From positions 1 through 64,000 of the forward strand of contig JAZDFD010000023.1 of the NCBI GenBank assembly GCA_043808155.1: a stretch of 64,000 nt of DNA, given 5' to 3'. The position numbers and the translations under genes are program-made. The notes under the pieces were generated by a model. That model searched no databases, had not been told where the DNA came from, and saw only the letters and a list, made by a program, of their open reading frames with translations. Below, one piece after another: positions 29,719-39,671 of the stretch; within the stretch, counting starts at the first letter, position 1; every line of letters begins with the position of its first letter. Origin of the DNA: Candidatus Iainarchaeum sp. (lineage in GTDB: Archaea; Iainarchaeota; Iainarchaeia; Iainarchaeales; JAZDFD01).

Positions 29719-30464
29719 AATTAAATCAGCGTGGTCAGTCTTCAATAACTGATGCATTATTTTTTCTTTTGATAGTCACTGCTCTTGCATCATTTCTTTT
29801 CTTTTTTGCAATTCCCTATGGTTCAGATGTAAGTGAAAGATTAGTTATCAAATATAGGCAGGATTATATTACCTCTTCATTGAAAACAATTCTTTATTCA
29901 AGCGTACCCCGCAGTGATTTAGAAACACTTGCAACTGCAAAAGAAGTAGATTATCTTGTTGCAGCATTAAATGAAGATTATGCAGATGATCAAACTGTGA
30001 ATGAAATTAATGATGTCTTCAGAAATAATATTGTAACAATAATGAAACCATTTGCTCCAAGTTATGATTATCTCTTTTACATTTATTTGCCAGGATCAAC
30101 TCCCGGAAGTGATGATAAATTTATTTATACAATTCTTAAATTAAGTGAATTTTCATTTGATGAAAATTCACGAGATGCAGATGTAATTTCAGTAACTGAT
30201 GCAGTTTATTTTTGCGAACCACCTCCTGCAGGTATTAACATAATAATTAATGAACTGCTTCCAAAAGTAAGAGGCAAAGCACAGGCCAACAGTAAATTAC
30301 AATTGCCTTCTGTTTCATTAACAAGTACTGATTCCCAAATCATACCAGACGATGTCCACGTTGTTTTAGTAATGTGGATTTCAACACCTCTTGATGACGA
30401 ACTATTATTTGGTCAAAACACTCTTAATTGTCACAAAGACGGAAGCGAATTGGTTATTCCATAA
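29706..30464 (+). CDS. Minor pilin-like protein
   Basis: LNQRG|QSSITDALFFLLIVTALASFLFFF. Confidence 0.8.
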   Translation: MERLKLNQRGQSSITDALFFLLIVTALASFLFFFAIPYGSDVSERLVIKYRQDYITSSLKTILYSSVPRSDLETLATAKEVDYLVAALNEDYADDQTVNEINDVFRNNIVTIMKPFAPSYDYLFYIYLPGSTPGSDDKFIYTILKLSEFSFDENSRDADVISVTDAVYFCEPPPAGINIIINELLPKVRGKAQANSKLQLPSVSLTSTDSQIIPDDVHVVLVMWISTPLDDELLFGQNTLNCHKDGSELVIP

Positions 30465-30470
30465 AACAGA

Positions 30471-32216
30471 TTATCTTACCCTGACTTTTAATTCGTAATT
30501 GCAGCTTGGGCAGGTATAATGTATTCTGTCCCCGACTTTTTTTGCCTGCTTTGCACAATGGGGACAAAAACCAGTTCCGCACTCAGGACAAAAAACCAAA
30601 TCATTAGTTGGTGTTTTACAATTAGGGCATTTATTTTTGTCAGTGTCCATTTCCTGCTGAACATTGTCAACATCATCATCCATCTCTTCTAAATTAAGAT
30701 TGAATTCATCATCTTTTGTATCAACATCATCAAGATTAAGCGATTTTTTTTTCTCAAGAAGATCTTTAACTTTCATGTTACTGATTTTTTCAGGTGATGG
30801 TGCGTCTTCATCAACATTCTGTTCAAGGGCTGTTGGTTCAGCTAATGTAAGCGGTTCTTCTTCCATTGGTTCAATTTTCATGTCATCTCCTTCTTCTAAC
30901 TCTTGTTCACCTGCTTCTTGCTCATCTGATTTCTGTCTTTCAAGTTTTCTTAACTCACGTCTGCTTAATTTTTCAGCTGGGACATTTACTGATTTTTGGA
31001 TTGTGTGTATACCAGTGCCTGAAGCGGTTTCTGAGCCCTCTGCCTGTTCTTTCCTTAATTCATGCTGTTCTCGTGGTGTGAGTTTCCTATCGTTTGTTTC
31101 TGCAGTTCCCTCCTCAATCCCGAAATTATTTGAAATTTCCTTTGCAATTTCTTCTCCTTCTTCCTGATTTGGATATCTTCCTTCGCGTTCCTTAAATTTA
31201 CGAACTTTATGCATTGTGTGTTTTAATGTCTCTGCCCTTTGGTTCTCAATAGACCTTTCAGCAATCTGCTCGTAAATTGCATTTGTTATTCGTGAATCTT
31301 GGGGAATTTGTTCTTCTTTTTCTCTTGCATGTATCTGTTCAAATAAACTTTCAGCCATCTGTTCATCTTGTTTAGGTTCGCCTCTTTGTGAAACGTGCAT
31401 TCTTCTCAGTCTTGGAGAAAGTCTTTCTTTCTCATTCCCGTCTGTTTTAAACAATTCTTTGACTTTAACTTCCTTAATTGCATCAAATATTTTTCTGACC
31501 TCTTCTCTCTTTTTAGCTTCTTCTGTTTCTTTTTCAATTTTTCTCTGATTTTCTTCTTCTTTCATTTTTGCAAGAGTCATTGCAATTGCAAGTGCTTCTT
31601 TTTCTTCTTCAGTTGCAGTAATTCTTCCTAGGTCTATTTCTCTTTTTGTCATGAATAAATCTTTTTCAAATTTTTCTGCCAGTTTTATATCTTCACTTGA
31701 AAGTTCTTTTGATTCTGGCATATTTTCAGGTTCTTCATCAACAGACACAATAGGGGCTGCTTTTTGAATTTGGTGAGTTTCAACAGCTTGTTTTATTTCG
31801 TCTGCTGTCTGTTCCTGCACATTTGGTTCTCGATGTTTTAATAATTTTCCAAAGAATGATTTCTTTTTTGCTTTTGGTATGGCTTTTTCTTCAACTTCTT
31901 TTTCAGGGGCAGTGATTTTTTCTGCTGCTGGTTCTTCAATTTTTTCTGTCTTACGTTTTTCAGAATCTAATTTTCCAATGATTGCAGCCTGAGCAACTGC
32001 GTACGAAGTATCTTGTGGTGTGTCTTTTTTGCTTTCAACTAATTTTTCTTCCTGTTTTGTTTTTGTGGACACTGCAACTTTAATTTCTTTTTCAATTTCT
32101 GAAAGTTCCCCTTCTTCATGTCTGTCATCCAGTTCTTTTTCAACTGTTTGTTTAATTTCAGTTTCTTTTTTTTTCAGCTTCTGCTTTTCCCGCTTCTGAT
32201 TTTTTTCCTTCTTCAA
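30471..32216 (-). CDS. Highly charged protein with C-terminal double zinc ribbon; probably the C-terminal part of a frameshifted gene
   Basis: E/K-rich; ends CPNC..CPEC..CPHC..CPSC; overlaps 32158..32730 across an A9 tract. Confidence 0.7.
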   Translation of the reverse strand: MKKEKNQKREKQKLKKKETEIKQTVEKELDDRHEEGELSEIEKEIKVAVSTKTKQEEKLVESKKDTPQDTSYAVAQAAIIGKLDSEKRKTEKIEEPAAEKITAPEKEVEEKAIPKAKKKSFFGKLLKHREPNVQEQTADEIKQAVETHQIQKAAPIVSVDEEPENMPESKELSSEDIKLAEKFEKDLFMTKREIDLGRITATEEEKEALAIAMTLAKMKEEENQRKIEKETEEAKKREEVRKIFDAIKEVKVKELFKTDGNEKERLSPRLRRMHVSQRGEPKQDEQMAESLFEQIHAREKEEQIPQDSRITNAIYEQIAERSIENQRAETLKHTMHKVRKFKEREGRYPNQEEGEEIAKEISNNFGIEEGTAETNDRKLTPREQHELRKEQAEGSETASGTGIHTIQKSVNVPAEKLSRRELRKLERQKSDEQEAGEQELEEGDDMKIEPMEEEPLTLAEPTALEQNVDEDAPSPEKISNMKVKDLLEKKKSLNLDDVDTKDDEFNLNLEEMDDDVDNVQQEMDTDKNKCPNCKTPTNDLVFCPECGTGFCPHCAKQAKKVGDRIHYTCPSCNYELKVRVR

Positions 32217-32730
32217 GTGTTCTTAAGGCTTTTTCAGCTGCTTCTTTTGCAAATGCTTTTCTCTTTTTATCTCCATCTTCTTCGAGTTTTTTATTTTCAA
32301 GGAACTTTTTCAGCTGAATTCTTTGCTGTTCGTCCATTTTTGTTTTGAAAAGAATTTGCGGTTCAGTTACTACAGGAACTGCGTTATTTGCAATTTTCCT
32401 CGCAGCAATAAATTCTTTAGGTACTGCTACTCTCATTTTTTTCTTTTTAGGAAATTTCTGCCTAATCGCCAAGAATCCGATTAATATGATGAAAAATACA
32501 CTAATTACTGCTGGAGCAAGCCACAATCCATAAACAAAACCAATCGCAAAACTTAAAACCCCTGTTAATGCACTAAAAATAAGCCCCAAAATCACTGACC
32601 AGCCTGTTTTATATGATTCATCTAATTTTCTTATGCTTGGCCAGCCCATTCTCATGAACAAATAACCCATTGAAATGCTTCCCAATGCTAAATATGCCAC
32701 AAGACCAATAGTAATATACATGTTTTCCAC
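32158..32730 (-). CDS. Membrane protein (3 TM) plus start of charged tail; probably the N-terminal part of a frameshifted gene
   Basis: Stops immediately after the A9 run (plus-strand T9 at 32166-32174). Confidence 0.7.
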   Translation of the reverse strand: MENMYITIGLVAYLALGSISMGYLFMRMGWPSIRKLDESYKTGWSVILGLIFSALTGVLSFAIGFVYGLWLAPAVISVFFIILIGFLAIRQKFPKKKKMRVAVPKEFIAARKIANNAVPVVTEPQILFKTKMDEQQRIQLKKFLENKKLEEDGDKKRKAFAKEAAEKALRTLEEGKKSEAGKAEAEKKRN

Positions 32731-32786
32731 CGTTTCTAAAAACTAACACATTAACTTATTTATATAAGTTATTATGACTATATTTT

Positions 32787-33320
32787 ATGGTATTAGAAAT
32801 AGTAAGTAATATATTCAATACACTGCTAACTTTTTTTCTTGCAGCATTGATTTTATCAGTCCCAGGCATCATTTTAGCAGTTTTTGGAAAAACAATCTAT
32901 TCTAAAATTTCAAAAAAATTTGGTTTGAGCTGGTTAAAGGCTGTGTTTGCAACCACGCTCATAATGACAGTATTTTTTGTATTTCTGGCATATTTTATTC
33001 CAATTGCAGATGCATTTTTCAGGGTAAATGAAGGGATTGCCCCAATCGTGTTTCAGGAGGAACCAGTGGATTTGCTTCTGTTTTACATTTATACAATTTT
33101 AAAATTAATTTTTGCAGCATTAATAATAACCATACTTTTAACACCTTTCCAGATTATTGGCTCATTAGTGCATGACTGGGCGCGAAATAAAAGAAAATTA
33201 CCAATTTTTATTTCACTCTATCTAACAGTATTTTCAGTCTGTTTCATAGGATTTGTTGTTTTCATAACTATGTTTCAATGGGTGTTTCTTGGATTACTTT
33301 ATTTAATTTACTTTGCATAA
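32787..33320 (+). CDS. Integral membrane protein (4 TM)
   Basis: 177 aa, hydrophobic; directly upstream of the 1530-aa surface protein. Confidence 0.75.
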   Translation: MVLEIVSNIFNTLLTFFLAALILSVPGIILAVFGKTIYSKISKKFGLSWLKAVFATTLIMTVFFVFLAYFIPIADAFFRVNEGIAPIVFQEEPVDLLLFYIYTILKLIFAALIITILLTPFQIIGSLVHDWARNKRKLPIFISLYLTVFSVCFIGFVVFITMFQWVFLGLLYLIYFA

Positions 33321-33337
33321 ATATAATGGGGAATCAG

Positions 33338-36300
33338 ATGGACAAAAACCAAAAAGAAATTTTTCAGAAAATATTCTCGCTTTTCGTGATTTTTCTAATT
33401 TTCTCCATGGATTTTGCAATGGTTTTTGCTTACTCAGAAAACAATACACAAATTAATTTTGAAGAAGATGAATCTGCTGGTGCTTCTGATATTGCTACTG
33501 ATGCAGTTGCAGATGCAATTGAGGGTGCTGTTGATGATGCACAAAGCACAATTGAAAACAATGGAATTGATACAACAACACGTCCTGATTTTACATGTAA
33601 AAATACATCACTAACTCCGGAAGAAGTTCAGAAACTTTGGGATAATGCAATTGAAAAAGGATTTAATGCTGAAGAAATAACTTCTGGTGCAGATCCAATT
33701 GCACCTGAAGACAGGAAAACTTCAGATCACAACACAGTAATAATTCCAACAGGCGAACAAAATAATGCAGTTGCAACTGAAGTTCCAAATCAAAAAATGA
33801 ATCCTAATGAAGTTCCCTGGTTAAACCAAGGTATAAATGGTGCGTTTGCATTTGGAATTGTTTTGGAAGACACTTTACGTGTTGGTGTATGTGAAAACTT
33901 AGATGATAACAGAGCCTGTCCATTGCAGGGACAAAATCTTGCATTAAGAAATTCAGGTGAAGGCATAGTGGAAACATTTATTTTTATGAAAGATGATACT
34001 GTTTCTGCTTTCAGGAAAGTTATTACTGGTGAAGATGCAAAACCAGGCACAATGTCACAGGCAGAGTATGATGAATTTCAGCAGAGATTTGCACAGGAAG
34101 ATGTTAATGAATTCAATATGCAGACCTTCCAGAGAACTGCAGACAAATTAATTGAAAATCACATTATTACAGATGATTTTGATGCTTCAATGCAAACTAA
34201 TTGTACAGATGATGAATGTGTCATTGCAACTTATTCAATGTTTGATAAATATTTCAACAGATGGTTTGCAGGTGAAATGGTAGTTTCTAATTTTGGCCCG
34301 CAACTTTGGGGTGAAACCTCGAGATTAATGGGCTGGGCAAGAAGAAGAGGAGGCTGGCCATGGAAATTAAGTGAAACAAAATTGGGACAAGCATTTAGGC
34401 GAACATTCGGCAATCCTGATACTTGGTTTGGACCCTCAAGAGTAATGAGAATAAAACAAAGAGCAGACACACATGGGTTTAGTGACTTTTTCAATGATTT
34501 AATTGAAAATGAGGGTTGGACTTCTGGTTACTTACTTACAAAATCCGGTGAGCAAAGAAAATATATTGCTGAAAAAATTTTGGCACAGGGTGGTTTCCTT
34601 GATCAGATGGCGAAAAGACCATTAGCAGACAGAAGAGCTTTTTATGATTCAATGTCTGATTTGCATGTTTACACACAATATAATAAAGCAGTTCGTGATT
34701 TTGAAATGGCTAAATATAATTCAGTAAAAGCAAACTTCGGTGCAGGTTCAGCACAGGAAATTGCACAAAGAAAAGAATTTGCACAGGTAGTGTCTGAGCG
34801 AATGAGAAAGTATGATCATGATTTTTCATTGGATTTTCCAGAATGGCTAAGCAGGGAAGAACAAGCCGGACTTTACACATATGGTGTAAAAAATCTTGCT
34901 ACAAATCAGATTGCTCCTTTGTCTGGAGATTCTGTGCCTTTACAAAGTATTATGGAATACTTTGAAAACAATGGAACTTTTAGAGGAATTGACACTATGA
35001 GTACAAGCCTTGGTGCAAACAGATTTCAGATAGATGGTGAAAATTTAGTTCTTTATGAATTAAAACCGCAGGGAAACCCAAGAGAAGTTGCAGTTGCTGA
35101 TTTACATAGTCATTTATCAGAATTAAGAGAACGAGTTGTTATTACTGACAGAGGGGAACCAATTCTTCTTAATGAGCATAATTTGGCCAGAATACAGCAG
35201 GATGCTGCAGGAACAGTAAGAGTTTATGATGCAGAGGGCTGGCGACCAGAACATAATATGAGTGCAGATGAATTTGCTGGAAAGATTTTGCACGACCGTG
35301 CTTTGTACAATCTAGCAGACGGACCTCAAGCACTAACTCAAAGAATTATGGATGCTGCAATTGAAAGAAATATTGTCGGAAGACAATACACATCTATTTT
35401 AGATAAAGCAATGGCTGAAGAAGTTACAGTATTTAGAAGTTATTTAGGAACTTTAAAAGGTGCAGCAAAATGGACTGTTTATCCTTATGTTTACTGGGCT
35501 GCAAAACAGGGTGGCGGGGGATTGTTTGATAAATTTTCAGCATACCAGTTACCTGAAACATGGCAGGAATTAAATTACACCCATGGTGAAGGCGTGATTT
35601 ATGAAGATGCATTTGTTGATTTCTTTGCAAATCATGGTTCTGATACAGGTGACATTTTTGTACAGGTTCTAAACAAACTTCCCTGGAAAATGGTTTTGAA
35701 TGAAGTATGGGACAGCTACTTACCCTTCAAAGAACAATTTGAGAAATTCACTTCAGGTTTGCTTGTAAGACAAAAAGTTGAAAACCTTGCAGTATATCTT
35801 TCAACAAATAAAACTTGTGCAGGCTGTTTCATTACTCTGAAGACAGAAGATATGAAAACATTTGAACCGAATTTCAGCACACAGGACTTTGTTGATATTT
35901 ATATTTTAGAGGACACTGTTTCAAAAGCTGCGAAAGAAAAAGGAACAAACCTTATTTCATTTGCACATCATCTTAACATTTCCGGAACAACAACTGAAGG
36001 CACAGGTGAAAACATAAACCTGCTTGAAGCAATGCGGGAAGAAACAACCTGCAGGGATGCAGCAGCAGAAGTATTCTTCGGAGTTCCAGTTACTGCTGTC
36101 TTAGGTGATGAACCATACAGAATTGCAGCAGTTTTGGGCTTTGGTGAATCTTTAGGTTATTTGGTTTTTAACTGGGGCGGGATTTTGGGCAGTGTAATTC
36201 AGCAGACACTATTAGTTCCGAAACTGCATGGCTGTGTTGATGTTGATGAGGGTTATTTCACACACATCTATTCTCCTAAACGTGAAACCGAAAATCCGGA

Positions 36301-37930
36301 AACGCAGTCTGAATTCTCAACTCAAAGCATAACTGAAACAATAAAAGACGGCGTAGACAAGGTTTCTGATATGATTCAAACAGACCCGAATTCATTTGGA
36401 GGAGAACTAACTGACAACTTCAAAGAGCAGGTTGATCAGTTTACTGATGATTCAATGAAGAATGACATTGTTGAAGGTATTTTCAAAATCCCAGCAAGAA
36501 GTAATGGAAGAATGCTTGGAAAACAGCTCTTTATGTTCTGGTGGAAAGGAATCAGCCAGCCAGTTACCTGGCCAACAGAGGGTGAGCTAAATTTCATAGA
36601 TGACGATACTAACACAACAGTTACTGTTGATTATGGTGACGGAACAATTTCAATTAACGGAGAAACAGTGATTGATAACAATTATTTAGTTCCGTTAACA
36701 ACAACAAACACTGACATCCCTGCAGCAGAAATTCCGCAGAGAGCAACAGTTGTTGGACTTACAAACAAAGACACCCCCCTGTTTGAAATGAACATTGAAA
36801 AAAGTGTTTATGTTTTAGATACAGATGTTTTAGACTGCATAAAAGCAGGAGTAATGGAACAAACAGGAGTTCCATTAAACAGCAATAATCTGAATGATGC
36901 TTTTGGCGAAGCAAAAGCAATTGTAACAAACGCATATAACATTGCAGCTGATACTGAAAAAAGAAGAATCACTGCAACGGGGGAAACAATGGAATATGTT
37001 GAAGGCAATTCAGCAAAAGTAACAATAAGCGGAAACAGAAATACAATGCTTAAGAATGGTTCTGAAGTTCCGGTTGGGAAACTAGAGTCAATACAATTTG
37101 AACACGGAATAATAATCTATAAACCTGGTGACAATGAATTAGTTATCTGGTTAAGGCACCACAAACAGGCAATAACAAGTCAGAATGATATTTCAGGATT
37201 AAAAGCAACACTCACTGAAGTTATTGACCCAATCACAGGTTGCCCAGTCCCTGCTATTGATTTAGATGCAATACCAATTCCAGGTTCAGACAGAGCTGCA
37301 GAAAAAGTTCAGCTTCTGAATGATTCACTTGGTGTAATGGGGCCATTCAAAAAAATTGAAACTGAGAAAAAGATTTTCATATTCTACAGCAAAAAAACAG
37401 ATCCGAGCTGTAATGTAAACACACCTGGATGTTGTGAAGATTATTTCAAAGTCATAGATAAAGAAACTGGCGAAGTTCTTGTAGATGAAAAAATCTCAAG
37501 TATAAAGCAAACACCGACAGGAATTGAAGTCACAACAGAAGACGGACAAGTACATACACTTGATTTTTCAGCACCAAACGGCGTGCCAATGGTTTCATAC
37601 AATGGGGGCCCCCCAGAAACAATTCAGACTGCACAGGGTCCAAATGGTTCATTCTATTATGATCCTGAAACAGGTTTATGGTATCCTGAAAATGCACAGC
37701 TCCTGCCAATGGATAACGCATTCAAGCAGAAAGGAGTTTCAACAACAGTAAACCCAGACGGAAGTGTAAGCTCAAAACCCGGAGATAATATTTTCAATAT
37801 TGGTTCAGCTGGTTCAGATACTGGGCTTAATTTACCATCACTCCCTGAAAATGTACTACTGCTGGTTTTGTTTATTTCAGCTATTCTCTCGACAATGCTC
37901 TTTGTAAGAAAGAGATACTCTAATTACTGA
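33338..37930 (+). CDS. Large secreted, C-terminally anchored surface protein (~1530 aa)
   Basis: Signal peptide (IFSLFVIFLIFSMDFAMVFA); C-terminal LPSLPEN + TM + RKR. ATG 33338 follows a GGGGA RBS (ORF track starts at 33278). Confidence 0.8.
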   Translation: MDKNQKEIFQKIFSLFVIFLIFSMDFAMVFAYSENNTQINFEEDESAGASDIATDAVADAIEGAVDDAQSTIENNGIDTTTRPDFTCKNTSLTPEEVQKLWDNAIEKGFNAEEITSGADPIAPEDRKTSDHNTVIIPTGEQNNAVATEVPNQKMNPNEVPWLNQGINGAFAFGIVLEDTLRVGVCENLDDNRACPLQGQNLALRNSGEGIVETFIFMKDDTVSAFRKVITGEDAKPGTMSQAEYDEFQQRFAQEDVNEFNMQTFQRTADKLIENHIITDDFDASMQTNCTDDECVIATYSMFDKYFNRWFAGEMVVSNFGPQLWGETSRLMGWARRRGGWPWKLSETKLGQAFRRTFGNPDTWFGPSRVMRIKQRADTHGFSDFFNDLIENEGWTSGYLLTKSGEQRKYIAEKILAQGGFLDQMAKRPLADRRAFYDSMSDLHVYTQYNKAVRDFEMAKYNSVKANFGAGSAQEIAQRKEFAQVVSERMRKYDHDFSLDFPEWLSREEQAGLYTYGVKNLATNQIAPLSGDSVPLQSIMEYFENNGTFRGIDTMSTSLGANRFQIDGENLVLYELKPQGNPREVAVADLHSHLSELRERVVITDRGEPILLNEHNLARIQQDAAGTVRVYDAEGWRPEHNMSADEFAGKILHDRALYNLADGPQALTQRIMDAAIERNIVGRQYTSILDKAMAEEVTVFRSYLGTLKGAAKWTVYPYVYWAAKQGGGGLFDKFSAYQLPETWQELNYTHGEGVIYEDAFVDFFANHGSDTGDIFVQVLNKLPWKMVLNEVWDSYLPFKEQFEKFTSGLLVRQKVENLAVYLSTNKTCAGCFITLKTEDMKTFEPNFSTQDFVDIYILEDTVSKAAKEKGTNLISFAHHLNISGTTTEGTGENINLLEAMREETTCRDAAAEVFFGVPVTAVLGDEPYRIAAVLGFGESLGYLVFNWGGILGSVIQQTLLVPKLHGCVDVDEGYFTHIYSPKRETENPETQSEFSTQSITETIKDGVDKVSDMIQTDPNSFGGELTDNFKEQVDQFTDDSMKNDIVEGIFKIPARSNGRMLGKQLFMFWWKGISQPVTWPTEGELNFIDDDTNTTVTVDYGDGTISINGETVIDNNYLVPLTTTNTDIPAAEIPQRATVVGLTNKDTPLFEMNIEKSVYVLDTDVLDCIKAGVMEQTGVPLNSNNLNDAFGEAKAIVTNAYNIAADTEKRRITATGETMEYVEGNSAKVTISGNRNTMLKNGSEVPVGKLESIQFEHGIIIYKPGDNELVIWLRHHKQAITSQNDISGLKATLTEVIDPITGCPVPAIDLDAIPIPGSDRAAEKVQLLNDSLGVMGPFKKIETEKKIFIFYSKKTDPSCNVNTPGCCEDYFKVIDKETGEVLVDEKISSIKQTPTGIEVTTEDGQVHTLDFSAPNGVPMVSYNGGPPETIQTAQGPNGSFYYDPETGLWYPENAQLLPMDNAFKQKGVSTTVNPDGSVSSKPGDNIFNIGSAGSDTGLNLPSLPENVLLLVLFISAILSTMLFVRKRYSNY

Positions 37931-38010
37931 AATCGGATTACTGAACACATAACTCAGTTATTAACTCATTTATGCTACGCGTAACATTTTTAAGTATTAT
38001 TTCTCCAAAA

Positions 38011-38673
38011 ATGATTATGGTTAAGGAAAGTGATTTTTTTCTTTTATTATTTCTTGCTGAAAAAACACAATTTTCAAATAATATAAAACTTTCAACATCA
38101 GAAATAGCTTCAGCACTTGAGATTTCACAGCAGTCTGCTTCCCGAAAATTAAGAAATCTTGAACAAAAATCACTTATAAAAAGAAACCCAACGTCTTCCG
38201 GAATTGAAATTTCATTAACCCGCAAAGGAAAATCAGTTCTGAAAACACATTTCAATTCTCTCAGAAAATTATTTGATTTAGGTGATGAAGTTAAAGAAAT
38301 TTCCGGACAAGTTGTTTCCGGATTTGGTGAAGGAAAATATTATTTATCTTTCAAACAGTATTTATCTCAGATTTCCTCAAAATTAGGATTTCTTCCATTT
38401 AAAGGAACTCTTAATTTTTCAGTTGATGAAGATTCATTATTGGATTTTGTTTCCTCTTTAAAAGAAATCACAATTGATGGTTTTAAAACAGATGAACGTG
38501 CTTTTGGCAGTATTAAATGTTTTCCTGTTTTAATAAACAGCAAAATAGAAGGTGCATTGGTTTTACCTGAACGAACAAAACACAAAGGAATTGCAGAATT
38601 AATTGCACCTCTGAATCTGAGAAACAAATTCAAATTAAAAGATGGTTCTAAAATTAATATTTCTGTAAAATAA
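38011..38673 (+). CDS. ribK: CTP-dependent riboflavin kinase with N-terminal winged HTH (RbkR-type)
   Basis: HTH STSEIASALEISQQSASRKL; kinase motifs GQVVSGFGEGKYY, PFKGTLN, ELIAPLNLR. Confidence 0.92.
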   Translation: MIMVKESDFFLLLFLAEKTQFSNNIKLSTSEIASALEISQQSASRKLRNLEQKSLIKRNPTSSGIEISLTRKGKSVLKTHFNSLRKLFDLGDEVKEISGQVVSGFGEGKYYLSFKQYLSQISSKLGFLPFKGTLNFSVDEDSLLDFVSSLKEITIDGFKTDERAFGSIKCFPVLINSKIEGALVLPERTKHKGIAELIAPLNLRNKFKLKDGSKINISVK

Positions 38674-38713
38674 AATGTGAGTATGAAAAAGTGATTATGC
38701 AAAAGGTGATGGT

Positions 38714-39244
38714 GTGAAAAAATCAAATTTGAAAAAAATTGGAATTGCAGAAAGGGACTCTGTCCCTTTTCAAACCCTGAAAAGAGTTGGCATAGCAGAT
38801 ACAATGTTTGCAAGAGGGGACATGGGTGCATTAGCTGAAAAAACAATCAAAGAATCAACATTTGATGTTGAGATTGTACGTTATACTGTTCCTGGTGTTA
38901 AAGATTTGCCTGTTGCATGCAAAAAATTATTTGATGAACAGCACTGTGACATTGTTCTTGCATTTGGTATGCCTGGTTCTGCAAAAGTTGACAAAACCTG
39001 TGTGCATGAAGCTTCTTTGGGCATTGGTCAGGTTCAGTTAATGACTAACAAACACATTCTCGAAGTTTTTGTACACGAAGATGAAACAGAAACAGATGAA
39101 GAACTTGCAAAAGTAATGCACAACAGAACAGTCAAGCACACAATGAATGCATTATATTTACTTTTCAATCCAGACGAAATAAGAAAAAAAGCAGGCACTG
39201 GGGAAAGACAGGGCTTTGCAAATGCAAAATCATTTGATTTGTGA
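38714..39244 (+). CDS. ribC: Archaeal-type riboflavin synthase
   Basis: GIADTMFARGDMG, RYTVPGVKDLPVACKKL, HILEVFVHEDE, GTGERQG. Confidence 0.93.
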   Translation: MKKSNLKKIGIAERDSVPFQTLKRVGIADTMFARGDMGALAEKTIKESTFDVEIVRYTVPGVKDLPVACKKLFDEQHCDIVLAFGMPGSAKVDKTCVHEASLGIGQVQLMTNKHILEVFVHEDETETDEELAKVMHNRTVKHTMNALYLLFNPDEIRKKAGTGERQGFANAKSFDL

Positions 39245-39269
39245 ACAAGAAAAAAATAGAGATGATTAA

Positions 39270-39671
39270 ATGAAAAAATTAGGAATAGCTGTCTCAGAAT
39301 TCAATTCAGAAATCACAATGAAAATGCTGGAAGTTGCAAAACAACATGCAACTTCTTTAGGTGCAGACGTCACAAAAATCATTACTGTTCCCGGCGCATT
39401 TGATTTGCCCTTTGCAGTAAAAAAACTTCTTGAACTTCCTGAAATTGATGCAGTTGTAACTTTAGGATGTGTAATTGAAAACGAAACTGAACATGATGAA
39501 ATAGTTGCACACAACGCAGCAAGAAAAATAATGGATTTATCTTTAGAATATAACAAACCTGTTGGTTTTGGAATTTCCGGTCCGGGAATGAATAAATCCC
39601 AGGCAGAAGCAAGAATTGAAAGCTATGCAAAAAAATCAGTTGAAGCAGCACTTAAACTTCTTGAAATTTAA
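39270..39671 (+). CDS. ribH: 6,7-dimethyl-8-ribityllumazine synthase
   Basis: SEFNSEIT, VPGAFDLP, LGCVIENETEHD, KPVGFGISGPG. Confidence 0.93.
   Translation: MKKLGIAVSEFNSEITMKMLEVAKQHATSLGADVTKIITVPGAFDLPFAVKKLLELPEIDAVVTLGCVIENETEHDEIVAHNAARKIMDLSLEYNKPVGFGISGPGMNKSQAEARIESYAKKSVEAALKLLEI

Noticed and set aside
19809-30464. Archaellum operon
   Set aside because: No archaellin-like sequences and no FlaH/FlaF/FlaG or chemotaxis genes; the organisation fits a type IV pilus.
33338-37930. Fusexin/HAP2-type fusogen
   Set aside because: Size and the largely helical core do not fit, and I recognise no fusexin motifs; a structure search is needed to exclude it fully.
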